A stretch of DNA of 64,000 nucleotides from the NCBI RefSeq assembly GCF_964204645.1, contig NC_134032.1, forward strand, positions 186,001-250,000, given 5' to 3'. The notes beneath the pieces are model-generated. The model made no database searches. It was not told where the DNA came from and was given only the letters and a program-made list of their open reading frames with translations. This DNA is from Tubulanus polymorphus (Eukaryota > Animalia > Nemertea). Both the position numbers and the translations under genes were made by a program. This document shows, piece by piece, positions 25,713-38,600 of the stretch; within the stretch, counting starts at the first letter, position 1, and every line of letters begins with the position of its first letter.

Positions 25713-26634
25713 CACCCAGACACTATGTACAACAATACGACTCTCACAGAAGCCTGGGAACCAATTACCGAGTTACCATATCCGATTTGAATACCAACCC
25801 CCCCCCCCCCCTCCCCCCTTCAATTCAGACTCGAGCTGTTTCAAGTAAAATCCAAATTGTAAATTGACTAAAAAGTTTATCAAAATCTTCCCAGAAATAT
25901 TGTAAGTGGTTACCACCATGTTTTACTCTAAAATGATATGTCTGAAAACTATTTTTCTACAAATGGTCATAATCCATAATTGTAGGATTTTAAGTCGGAT
26001 AACTGCATCACAGATATTGTGATTTTGAGTGATACAATAACTGTTTAAACTTTAACTTATTTAGAAATCTAGAATATTCTGAAATTCAAGCAAGTAAACA
26101 TTCAATTCGGAAGAACTAAGGGAGTAGTCAAACATGATTAACAGACGATTAAAATAAGAAAACGAACAACAAGCATCAGCTGTCAAAAGCGAACGACGAA
26201 CCCTGAACATAGATTATAATAATGGTTCCCCAAAGAACCCTGTCAAACCATCTGATGATATTGAAAATAATCATTTCCAAGAACCTTTTGTATGGAATGG
26301 TCTTCAAAATCCCTGTCAAGAACCCTGTATGATTATATCGAAGAGGTTGGTTCTTTCAAATAACCCTTTGTACGGAATGGTTCATCAATAACCTTTTCCA
26401 GGGGTTATTTATAGAACCTTATAATAAAAGATTCAATGAAGAAACTTTCAGGGTTCTCCCGCTGGGAGGTAAATCGAAGAACCCTAAGACGTTCTACCGT
26501 AGAACCCTATGTTCTGATAGTGCAAATTAGTAAGACTTACCTAAATACCCCGATAAACAGATCAACAAGATCGAAATGCATTTGAAGAAAGTCGTCGGGA
26601 TTCTTATTCCAAACAACATCAGTGCTACATTCAT
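22070..26634 (-). CDS. Secreted protein with two PAN/Apple domains and a Thr-rich tail (about 253 aa)
   Basis: Exons 26634-26541 (signal-like), 25230-24943, 23281-23110 and 22277-22070 are in frame. PAN patterns: ECRSKCLLELNFKCRSISY..CHLS and DCKKACAGEKDFLCKSADY..CFLS. The 3' end is uncertain because a possible donor lies at 22110. Confidence 0.8.
22600..23012. repeat. 47-bp tandem repeat array
   Basis: CTAACAACTTAAGACCAGTCTAAGCTCATTTTGGTTCTATAACCAAT repeated about 8 times. Confidence 0.85.
23558..24895 (+). repeat. 167-bp hammerhead satellite array 3, antisense in a PAN-gene intron
   Basis: Eight motif copies at 167-bp spacing (23635 to 24804). Confidence 0.9.
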
Positions 26635-27262
26635 GATCGAAGGTAACTCTAAGAGTGAGATATTCGAATTATCGCGTGTTTGTAGATAGCTTTATGATAA
26701 GGCCCTTAAAGATAATCCTTTTACAACTGGTATTGCACACGGACTGGCGATAACGTTGCTAATACCATAAACGGCCAGGTTGTGATAGAATAAATCGATT
26801 TCAATCGACTTAAACACGCAATTGTTTCATCATAATCGGATGTGAATGGAATTAAAAAAAACATTTTCCTCAACAAGTAGAATAGATGCCAGACTTGATA
26901 AATGGCTGCCTGGATAGACGCACATTCTGAAGCTGGAGATCTAGAACTTTGCAATACGATACCTGCACCGCAACTGTGGCAAGCAAGGATTCCCAATAAA
27001 GTACTATCCGTCACTGTTAGAATGATACCGAAGATGTAATAAAGAAAATCCTTTGACAAAATAGATTGAGTAGTAAATAGTTATTGGTATCGTTTATTGA
27101 TTAAATACACACGAAACGATTTACAACAAAGCAAATTAGATTCGAGCTTCACAACTCGACGTGAAATATCAGAAACTCGACGTAAACTCTCGTAAACTGA
27201 CATTTTGTGTTTGTCCAATAGACAGGAGGCTATTACAGCTAAACAGATACAGATACAGATAC

Positions 27263-27395
<133 letters not shown>

Positions 27396-28767
27396 GAATA
27401 CATAAGGCATACGATAGATATCTAATACCAAAATCGACTCAGTCGATTCAAAAAGAAAACGATAAATTGTTAAACAGTAAATAACGACCCAGCAGGAAAC
27501 CCATGATTAGTGATAAAAACCAAGGTATGATGATATAATATCTAGCAATAGTTTTATAGAATAAGGACATAGGAATAATATTATACACATTACAATATTT
27601 ACATTAGAATTGTAGATTTCACAGTTCATCCTAACTATAAAGAGGAATCGGCTAAATGGGAACCAAATCCTGTCCTAGGACACGTAGAATCGGCTTTTTA
27701 ATATTATATACATTACAATATTTACATTAGAATTGTAGATTTCACAGTTCATCCTAACTATAAACAGGAATCGGCTAAATGGGAACCAAATCCTGTCCTA
27801 GGACACGTAGAATCGGCTTTTTAATATTATATACATTACAATATTTACATTAGCTCATAGTGTATTTTACAGCTAATCTATACTATAAACAGGAATCCGC
27901 TTTTAATCTATATTATAAAGAGAAATCGGCGTCTGATAAGATTTTTGTCTCAATGTAAAAGCGAATACCAGCAGTACGGTGTATCTAGGTAATATTGTTC
28001 TTTTTCTTTTCGTTTCGAGACCACATGTCCCCGGACGATTTGTGGCCGTCCATTCTATATTGTAATATATCATGTTCGTAATAAAAACTCAATAGTTAAA
28101 AACCCGGTGCACCCGCGGTCCCGCGTGGTCTCCTCGGGAACAAGAGATCATCACATGCATATCCAAATTCACAAAGACTAAGGCAATTTTAGATTATATT
28201 AACATTGAAAATGTTAAAAAAAGACATCCTGCAATTTTGTAATTTCGAAAATTTTGTAAATTCGAACCTAACTATAGTCAAGCCCCGATATACGGCCCTC
28301 CCATTTACCGCCCTCGCCAGGTTTTCTCAATGTACATCTCTATACAAATACATAATAAAACACCCCCGATATACCGCCATACTCTCTATACCGCCAAAAT
28401 CGTTCTGCACCGATGTGGGCGGGCGGTATATCGGGGGTGGACTTGTATATGTAATTCAAAATCTGATTTCAACATCACACCCCGCTGTTTCGTTCCGGGC
28501 AGGTGTGGTTTGTATTATGGAAAACCAAATCAAGTAAGATCAAATCTACCAATCAAATAAGAGGGACGGACAATCCCTATTCAAAGATAAAAGTTATAAC
28601 TGTGAAGTTAAATAATCAACTAAGAATAATGTTGGGAAATAATAATCGTGTATAATCGACAGTTCATCGGCACCTGCAGCGCCCTCTATATCCGAGCAAT
28701 ATTCACGAGTAGCATTTCATTGTATACACGTCGTTCTCGAACCCTAGAATCGGTTTAGACTTCGGTT

Positions 28768-30929
28768 CTAAATCGGGGGAGTCAATACAGTGTTTATATT
28801 GTAAAATCTCAATGAGTTCTGTTTATCACTGTTATCCCAGTGGCAGATAATTACAGCGTTACTGTTTAACACGTGATGTATCTCACATGTCACACTGTCT
28901 GTAGAGTTCAGTATTATACGCGGGTGATCTATAAACCCCTGATCATTATATCTGATACTGATAACAGCACCTCTATTAGTATCAGATTCTACCGATAGCA
29001 ATACTTGATTATCATTAATAACACACGGGTATCCTGCACATGGATCAAATGTCAGTCCGCAATCGTTCATATAAATAAAACTGATCAGTTCTGCTTCTTG
29101 TGTTAGATACAATAATCGACGCGTCCGCGAACAGTAGATAAACATGCGTCCCCGCGTGTCCACATCGAAACTGTTGGTATACTTGTAATATCCACCCGGG
29201 AGCTGATAGTTCTTCACTCGGTTCCTATCAATCAATCTGTTTACAGGGTTTTCTCGTAAAGGTAAAACATGAATGTCACTATCTCTATCTCCTGTCTGTA
29301 TATAGATATTGTGATCACGGACCACTAAGGATGCACAGACTCCAGGCAGGAGATCATCGATTTCTTCTTCGAAGAGTTTTTCCATATTTTTATATTTTCT
29401 CAGGATGTATTCACTGGTTTTCCACACGACCACAAACAGAAACCCGTTACCATCAGTAGCGAGTCCATGTATCTTACCATCAATATCTATGTATCTCTGT
29501 ATATTATCATCATTCACACTATATATATAATCAGTCGAGCACCACTCCGCACATATAACACGTGACTGTTCACCCTCGTGTTCACCGGGTATTGACGTCA
29601 TCAGGTCGGGTGAGAAGTCTGTATCTACCTGTTTATTGACCGTCAATGAATCGATTATTCCTACACGTAGCCGCGTGACGTCATCGATAAATCCCTCCAG
29701 TTTATCAATTCTCCCTATGACGTCCTCAGTAGATCGTTCCGCTCTATCCATTCTCTCTATGTCATCATCAACAGATCCCTCCACATTTCCAATTCTCTCT
29801 TTGACGTCATCAGTAGATCTTTCCACTTTATAATTTCTCCGTATGAAGTCATCATTGATATTAGTCAGTTTTGTCTCCAATGCTTTAAGTTGCTGTTCAG
29901 TACAGCATTGGTTCAGCCTCTCTTCAAGTTGTTGTTCAGTACAGAACCGGTTCAGCCTCTCTTCAAGTTGTTGTTCAGTACAGAACCGGTTCTGCCTCTC
30001 TTCAACTGTTTCTATAGTGCGTTTCAATTGACAGAATTGATTTTCTAAATTATCGTGAAACTGTCTGACATGTTCTATAAAAGAACTATGTCGTTCATCA
30101 ATGTCTGATCGAACTGTTCGGGTTTCACTGATCGGCACACCTACTGAATTTACTTTATACAAATTATGTGCAGATGTCTGGTTTGAAGCGATCACATGAA
30201 GCCCCGACACTAATGAATGCGGGGCTTGTTGAAGATGTGTTTTTAAGTTTCGCGCTGTTTCATCGTCTGAGCATTTAACGATAAACACATGAATCGCTGG
30301 ACAGTGATTAAACCCGATATGATGATTCGGTATCTCTACACCAGGGGGCGCTTCTCTCCATTCTAATTTCACCTGAAATTGAAAGAACGTTATTTTACTC
30401 TCACATCGCCAAGTCACAGTTTCTAGCTAGTAGACCTGTCGATAATACAGTGTCATCCAAATGCAGAATTACTTTTAGTATTTCATGAAGTACATTTCAT
30501 GATCAAAGTACATAATGAAAAATGTTTTTATGAGACTAATTTGTTGCTGGATTCTTGACCTTCAAATTCATCATATCGGGGTCAACGATTAATTAAACAT
30601 TTAAATTATACAGAAATCAGATATTTCTCTGGGGTCGGAACGATGTTTACCTCGTCAAACGGCATCATTTGTACATTTATAACTTGTTCCGTATAGATCG
30701 ATTTCAGTTCACATTTTATGTGGTTCTCTAATTCTTCTGTCCACATCTGTATCGGTAGTTGTAATTGATCACCAACAGTAGCGATCAGATCACATTCTAA
30801 ATCGAACAACGGTTGAAAGTAATAATTCTGTATTGTTCTGTAGTCGTTGTCGTGATCCGACCAAACACCGATCTTGCGACCACGATAAGAAACTGCGAGC
30901 TCGAATCTGTATGTGGAATTAGACGCCAT
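28768..30929 (-). CDS. Uncharacterised coiled-coil plus NHL-like beta-propeller protein, paralogue 1 (about 627 aa)
   Basis: Exon 30929-30651 (donor GTAAAC) splices to 30372-28768 (acceptor TTTCAG). It has a heptad-like middle region with EERLNRFCTEQQL repeats, and C-terminal beta-rich blades GLATDGNGFLFVV and FDVDTRGRMFIY resembling NHL repeats. Confidence 0.78.
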
Positions 30930-31086
30930 GTTGTTTTTGGGCGTTTTCTAACTGTAGATTGTGCAGGCGTGACCTCCTCACGCGCGCGGGTCTCACGCGT
31001 CTTGCTAAAGTTAAAACCACGCGGCACTGATTACACGAAACAGCGATAAGAGAAGACAAATGTATTTACGAGGACTAGGACGGGTC

Positions 31087-31357
31087 GGAGACCCACTCTT
31101 CCAGTCTGAACGGTGTCTCCTGACGGGTGGGAGACCCACTCTTCCAGTCTGAACAGTGTCTCCTGACGGGTGGAAGACCCACTCTTCCAGTCTGAACGGT
31201 GTCTCCTGACGGGTGGGAGACCCACTCTTCCAGTCTGAACGGTGTCTCCTGACGGGTGTGAGACCCACTCTTCCAGTCTGAACGGTGTCTCCTGACGGGA
31301 GGGAGATCCACTCTTCCAGTCTGAACGGTGTCTCCTGGCGGGTGGGAGACCCACTCT
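31087..31357. repeat. 43-bp minisatellite upstream of paralogue 1
   Basis: GGAGACCCACTCTTCCAGTCTGAACGGTGTCTCCTGACGGGTG repeated about 6 times. Confidence 0.9.
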
Positions 31358-31639
31358 CTTCTAGTCCGTGCCCATCCCTCTTCGACATACTTTCCCTAGC
31401 TCTGGCCGCTCCTCAAATACTATGTCGTCGAGCACTACATGAAGCAATGGAACCTGTCCCTAGGATCCATGTGCAGTCAACCCATGCTGTTATTGGTTGT
31501 ACTTGTTCGGCGGAAAAGCTCGTGTCTGCCGAACAAGTACTTTTCCAGGCCGCCTGCGACTATATCGTCACCCGTTCCCCCGTGCCCCCGAACCCACCTA
31601 TCAATGCAGCGCAGGCTGGATCACACCAAAACACTTTGA

Positions 31640-32110
31640 ATTCATTAATCAATTTTCCTAGACCCGCACTCCACCCACCTAAGCGACAGAAATTTGATGG
31701 TAAGGCCTCGGGTGATTTCGGTCAGTTCATTCATGATTTTGAGGGTCTGGTTGGCCAGAGGATGCTCCAGCAGTGCTGCCGGCATATTTGACGGACGTGG
31801 CAAGATGACGTTATAACTTTGACTTATCAATGTCTAGGTCCAGACACGTACTCGTTTGTTGAAGAGGGGCTGCTGGCAAAGTTAGACCCAAAAGAACTTC
31901 ACTAGAAGCAAGAGCAAGCGTGTTACATGCCCATAAACAGGGATCGAATGAGCCGGTGAAGTCATACTTGGAGGACCTCACCTCTAAGTTTGCTAAATTG
32001 AAAACCACTCCTCAGACGCGATTGCAAGTCTTCTTGTTAGGGTTACGGACGGATTTGAAGAAGTTTGTTTTAACTCAACGATTGATGAGGCTGTTAATCA
32101 GCAATAATTT
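31640..32110 (+). mobile_element. Degenerate retrotransposon gag fragment
   Basis: Frame-shifted peptides KFDGKASGDFGQFIHDFE and KQGSNEPVKSYLEDLTSKF..VFLLGLRTDLKKFV resemble Ty3/gypsy-type capsid motifs. Confidence 0.6.
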
Positions 32111-32294
32111 ACACAACAAGGTCCTCCTGTATCGCGCTCAGTATCCGCTCGTAAAGGGAAAGAGCATGATTAAATGAAATCTATACTATAAAGGAGAAAC
32201 TGTCATGACCAGTTTGTGCGAAATCTATTCATTGGTCATGAAACTTTGCTTGTATTCATTCTTATGGTAAAGATAACAATTTCATTTGGATCCT

Positions 32295-32424
32295 GGGGCC
32301 AGTTGCATAGTCATGGCTTAGACTTAAGACCAACTTCGTTCTATAGCCAATCTAACAACTTAAGACCAGTCTTAAGATTTAAGACGAATTATGGACTTAA
32401 GTCACAACTGTGCAACTGGCCCCA
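32295..32424. mobile_element. Small Harbinger-like MITE with an internal 47-bp-family unit
   Basis: TIRs GGGGCCAGTTGCA...TGCAACTGGCCCC. Confidence 0.65.
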
Positions 32425-33299
32425 GGGTCTTATTCCACCCGTATTTAAATTCCCAAAATCCAAGAAGATTCCACCAGACGTTGGCAGTATAGTAGATGGT
32501 TAATTGGGATTTTGTCAGGCTGATATTTAAGGGGCCTATTAAAACTAAGGAGGGGTATACCAGTCACTCTCAGTACTGGGAGAACAAATTGCAAAAACAT
32601 TTACTGTTATAGACCGAGGACATGACATTGCTTGATGAGTTTTAATTGGAAAGGTCAATCGGGATTTATTAGGCAGTTATTTTTCTACAAACAAAAATTT
32701 TCAGAATTTTCCAACCCATCGAGGATGGGTATTTCTGCTGGTTACTTGTAGTGCGTCATATCGACCTTCACTTGGTCAACAGTGACGGTAAAATCCCGCT
32801 TTAACGATGGACGAGCCACTTGAAAAATCGTCGGTAATTTGAACTGAAGTGTATATAATTCAAAGGGCAAATTATGACTCTCCAAACTCACAACAACAAC
32901 GGGCCAGTTTCCGACATATTGTGACGGGTACAACCACTAGGCAATATATATGAATTCCACCAACCAAACAACCAGTTACTATAATAAAAAGCAAAGTCGC
33001 CCAGATTACAGTTGTTGAAACACGTTCTCAGTGGATACATGATAAAAGACTATAAACTAAACAGAAATCAAAAATAGCTAAAATACAAAGAGTATGAAAG
33101 TAAATAAAATAAATAAGATAATATAGAATAAATAATATAAAATTAAAAATAAATAAATGAATAAATCATTGCATAGTCTTCATATAATGAAAATAGTCAG
33201 GAAACTCGTGAGAATACTGCAAACAGTGACAGGGGTGAACCGCATCCCTGCAACGCCAACATTCGTCATCAGCAGGCGGCCGACGCCTGCCGTTACCAG

Positions 33300-33625
33300 A
33301 GACAACTGCTTCCAAATGGCCTACACGGAATTGGTCTTTGGCCAATTCGTTCTGTAGCTCGAAGGCAATGCCAGGATACTCGTTTCTTGCCAGTTCTGCT
33401 AGCTCATCAGCATAACGTTCGACCGATCCGTTGTCTTTTGGTCCCTCCCTTTCAACAACACCTTAAAGTCATTCACAGTCTTTCTTTGTTGGAAACGGGA
33501 TAGCCGCCGACAGAAATCATCATACGACAGGCTTTTGTCGAGACGTAAGTTCGAGACAGCCTGGTAAGCCTCATGTTCAAGTCGCATCAGCAGGTGTGAT
33601 TTGATTAGTTCGCCCCCGTCGACTG
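33300..33625 (-). mobile_element. Second degenerate gag-like fragment
   Basis: LLMRLEHEAYQAVSNL..SYDDFCRRLSRF..RDQK, continued in another frame as ELAKDQF, typical of retrotransposon gag. Confidence 0.5.
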
Positions 33626-35306
33626 CCTGACAAGATGGTGAAATACGTATTTTGTGACATAGCAAATTGTGTGACAACAGAATGACACTGATATCTCTAA
33701 CTTAACTCGAATCACAAAGACCAACTCTTGACCAGAAAGTAGGCCTAAATCCAATCCTAATTCCAATTGCATACTCGCTCGTGTAGTTATTAATAAATTC
33801 CAGCTCTTTAAACCTCATCACTGTATCAGAATCTAGGTGTTTCACCACTTGTTATTTGGAATCTAATTTCATGATGATTAATGCTGGATTCGTTAATCTC
33901 TTTGATTCGTGATTGAGGTTACTTTCTGAAATTAAACCGATATACATATACTAACAATTAAACCTGGATTGACTTTTCAATTTATGTTTCATCCGTTTTT
34001 CAAACTTACCATGATACAACAACAATTCATTCTGTGCATGTTTTAGCTCATTCAATTTAATAAGTATATAACTTCTAATTCTTAAGAAATTCTGAGTTGT
34101 ATCTCAGAAAATCAACATCAGAACACACACAATGACCTACAATAGACAATCAACAGAATATTTGTAGATAAGTATTCATTTACTGTTCACAAGTTTTAAA
34201 AGACATTGAAGTGAAGTAAGTGAAGTCACCTGTCGTATAGGCTAATATTTTCACCACACTGAATTGACTGCAATGTCCAGTGTCACATTCAGCATAATCA
34301 ATCAGTCATCTTGAGTGAACAGACAAATTGCCGGTGTCGTGGCCTCTGCTGCATGGCTGGTTCAGTTCAGTAAGTCAGTCAGTGGAGATTGATTTTTCCA
34401 TCTCAAGTTCGTCGGTCTTCTTGTCGATTGACGACCGTTCCTTTGCGAGCAGGGTAGATTTAGATGTTGCTGTAACGGAGACATACTGCCTTGCATGTCG
34501 ATATCTTCGAGGCCACACGCAGTACAGGTTCTCGCAGAAGCGTTACCTGATAGTTTTGGTCGAGTTTCTTTCTCCCATTGATGTAGAAACCGACTTTTTA
34601 AGAGGTCCATGGAACGTAAATCGAGACACTCTGGAGGCGGCCATGTTACATGGTTCACGTGATGAAATACTGAAATCTGATTGGATCCGTATATTCCGCG
34701 GAAGATGGCGGACGGGTTAAACCTGTCCTATTCTGACTACGAATGCAGGTGGCGCAGAATTAGACTGGTTACCGGTCTCTATCTTCATATTGAATGGAAC
34801 CGGCAACCAGTCTAGGTACATTAGGCCATGTGTTCCGCTTTGGCGGTCAAACTAATTAGGATCAGAAAATGTCAGCGTCGGTCTTATCTTGTCGTCACGT
34901 ATGTTAATAGGCCCAAAAGTCAGTTGAAAGTACCTACCTACTGCACCGATAAAAACTGATCGCAGCAGGTCGCGTATTATTAGGTTCGAATCTGTCAAAT
35001 GTATCGAAATTTTCTTCAATTGCCATCAATTCTGCATAGCATGATGGTGCGCCTTTACTAAAGGAAAGCTTCACAGCTACATATCTCATCGTTTATCAAT
35101 CTACAGTATTCAAAATTAAGTCGTTCCATATGAAGATTAAACATAAGGGCCGAAATGTTCTCATGGCGTCAAACTTTCTGTGAGGTGACTCGACCGTCTC
35201 TCGCAGTCGCAAGACCGACCAGTCCTACGCCTAGATTTACTCATTCACCCGATGAAGCTTCTATACATTAGTAGCGAAACCTCGCATTTCAAATAAACCA
35301 GTTACA

Positions 35307-35538
35307 CCAATAAAGTACTATCCGTCACTGTTAGAATGTTACCGAAGATGTAATAAAGAAAATCCTTTGACAAAATATATTGAGTAGTAAATAGTTATTG
35401 GTATCGTTTATTGATTAAATACACACGAAACGATTTACAACAAAGCAAATTAGGATTGAGCTCAACTCGACGCGAAATATCAGAAACTCGTAAACTGACA
35501 TTTTGTGTTAGACAGGCGGCTATTACAGCTAAATAGGT

Positions 35539-35617
<79 letters not shown>

Positions 35618-38600
35618 TATATAAGGCATACGATAGATATTTAATATCAAAATATAATATCAAATTAAAAATCGACCCAGTCGATTTAAAAAGAAAACGA
35701 TAAATTGTTAAACAGTAAATAACGACCCACCACCAGGGAACCCATGATTAGTGATAAAAACCAAGGTATGATGATATAATATCTAGCAATAGTTTTATAG
35801 AATAAGGACATAGGAATAATATTATACACATTACAATATTTACATTAGAATTGTAGATTTCACAGTTCATCCTAACTATAAAGAGGAATCGGCTAAATGG
35901 GAACCAAATCCTGTCCTAGGACACGTAGAATCGGCTTTTTAATATTATACACATTACAATATTTACATTAGCTCATTGTGTATTATACAGATAATCTATA
36001 CTATAAACAGGAATCCGCTTTTAATCTATATTATAAAGAGAAATCGGCGTCTGATAAGATTTTTGTCTGAATATAAAAGCGAATACCAGCAGTACGGTGT
36101 ATCAAGGTAATCATTGAATTGAGGTAATAGTGGAATTGTTTTAATTAAATGATTAATTCGAAATTCGGTTATTACGATGATTTTTCATTTTCCCACGGAC
36201 AGGTACTAACGAGGTTCCACTGTAAGACACGTAAAATCATATAAATCGGCACCAAACACTTAAAAGTCAGTTAGACATGTATAAGTGAACAAATTCGTGG
36301 CTGCAAATAACAGGAGTGCGGGCCAGAATCGACTGGTCCAAAAATTGCCTGTAATCGATCACAGCGCCGCCTTTCAACTGCCGGTTAAACTACCGTTGAC
36401 ACTATATGTACTATGCAAGAGAAAGCGAGCACTATTCACCGCGAGGCTCAGTTATCTGAGTTAGTCGACTGTAGTCGAACTAAACGAAACCGAATGTCCG
36501 TTAGTCGGAACTATATTCCGGAGATAGTTCGTAAATTAAGCGCATTCGGTTATTAGTTCCGACCACTAGTCGACTAGATACGAGAACTGAATTTAGCCCT
36601 GACAGCAGGACTGAGTGTATCAAATAGGCCACAATCTCTGTGACCCAAATTCACCACCTGCCTAACAAATCTAATAGTGCAGGTTATTTCGTGATTTTAG
36701 CAAAGCAAAATATAATCTGTAGAATGTAGACTTTCAACAATAATGAACCTAATATAATCATGTAACCGATATATCTATGTTATAATGTTCTTTTTCTTTT
36801 CGTTTCGAGACCACATGTCCCCGGACGATTTGTGGCCGTCCATTCTATATTGTAATATATCATGTTCGTAATAAAAACTCAATAGTTAAAAACCCGGTGC
36901 ACCCGCGGTCCCGCGTGGTCTCCTCGGGAACAAGAGATCATCACATGCATATCCAAATTCACAAAGACTAAGGCAATTTTAGATTATATTAACATTGAAA
37001 ATGTTAAAAAAAGACATCCTGCAATTTTGTAATTTCGAAAATTTTGTAAATTCGAACCTAACTATAGTCAAGCCCCGATATACGGCCCTCCCATTTACCG
37101 CCCCCGCCAGGTTTTCTCAATGTACATCTCTATACAAATACATAGTAAAACACTCCCGATATACCGCCATACTCTCTATACCGCCAAAATCGTTCTGCAC
37201 CGATGTGGGCGGGAGGTATATCGGGGGTTGACTTGTATATGTAATTCAAATCTCATTTCAACATCACACCCCGCTGTTTCGTTCCGGGCAGGTGTGGTTT
37301 GTATTATGGAAAACCAAATCAAGTAAGATCAAATCTACCAATCAAATAAGAGGGACGGACAATCCCTATTCAAAGATAAAAGTTATAACTGTGAAGTTAA
37401 ATAATCAACTAAGAATAATGTTGGGAAATAATAATCGTGTATAATCGACAGTTCATCGGCACCTGCAGCGCCCTCTATATCCGAGCAATATTCACGAGTA
37501 GCATTTCATTGTATACACGTCGTTCTCGAACCCTAGAATCGGTTTAGACTTCGGCTCTAAATCGGGGGAGTTAATACAGTGTTTATATTGTAGAATCTCA
37601 GTGAGTTCTGATCATCACTGTTATCACGGTGTCGGATAACTACAGCGTTACTGTTAAACATGTGATGTATGTCACATGTCCTACTGTCTGTAGAGTTCAG
37701 TATTATACGCGGGTGATCTATAAACCCCACATCATTATATCTGATACTGATAACAGCACCTCTGTTACCAGTATTAGAGTATACCGATAGCAATACATGA
37801 TCATCATTAATAACACACGGGAATCCTGCATATGGATCAAATGTCAGTCCGCAATCGTTCATATAAATAAAACTGATCTGTTCTGCTTCTGGTGTTAGAT
37901 ACAATAATCTGCGTGTATGCGCACAGTAGATAAACATACGTCCCCGCGTGTCCACATCGAAACCGTAGATATTAAAGAAATCTCCATCCGGGAGCTGATA
38001 TTTCTTCACTCGGCATCCATCGATCAATCTGTTTTCAGGGTTTTCTAATAAACGTAAAACATGAACTATTCCCCCTGACTGTATATAGATATTGTGATCA
38101 CGGATTATGAGGGTTTCAGGCAGGAAACAGCCTCCAGGCAGGAGATCAGTGATATTTTCTTCGAAGAGTTTTTTCTGATTTTTATATTTTCTCAGGATGA
38201 ATTCACTGTTTTTCTCCACGACCACAAACAGAAACCCGTTACCATCAGTAGCGAGTCCTAGTATCGCACCATCAATCTCTATGTATCTCTGTATATTATC
38301 ATCATTCACACTATATATATAATCAGTGGAGATACACTCCGCACATATAACACGTGACTGTTCACCCTCGTGTTCACCGGGTATTGACGTCACCAGTTCG
38401 GGTCTGAAATCTGTATCTACCCGTTTATTGAACGTCAATGAATCGATTATTCCTACACGTAGCCGCGTGACGTCATCGATAAATCCCTCCAGTTTATCAA
38501 TTCTCCCTATGACGTCCTCAGTAGATCGTTCCGCTCTATCCATTCTCTCTATGACATCATCAACAGATCCCTCCACATTTCCAATTCTCTCTTTGACGTC

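Noticed and set aside
28205-28560. 110-aa ORF repeated at 36995
   Set aside because: It overlaps a small inverted-repeat element and the frame is not conserved between the duplicates.
34328-34720. Possible transposase or THAP-like fragment
   Set aside because: No motif could be recognised with confidence, and other frames have stops.
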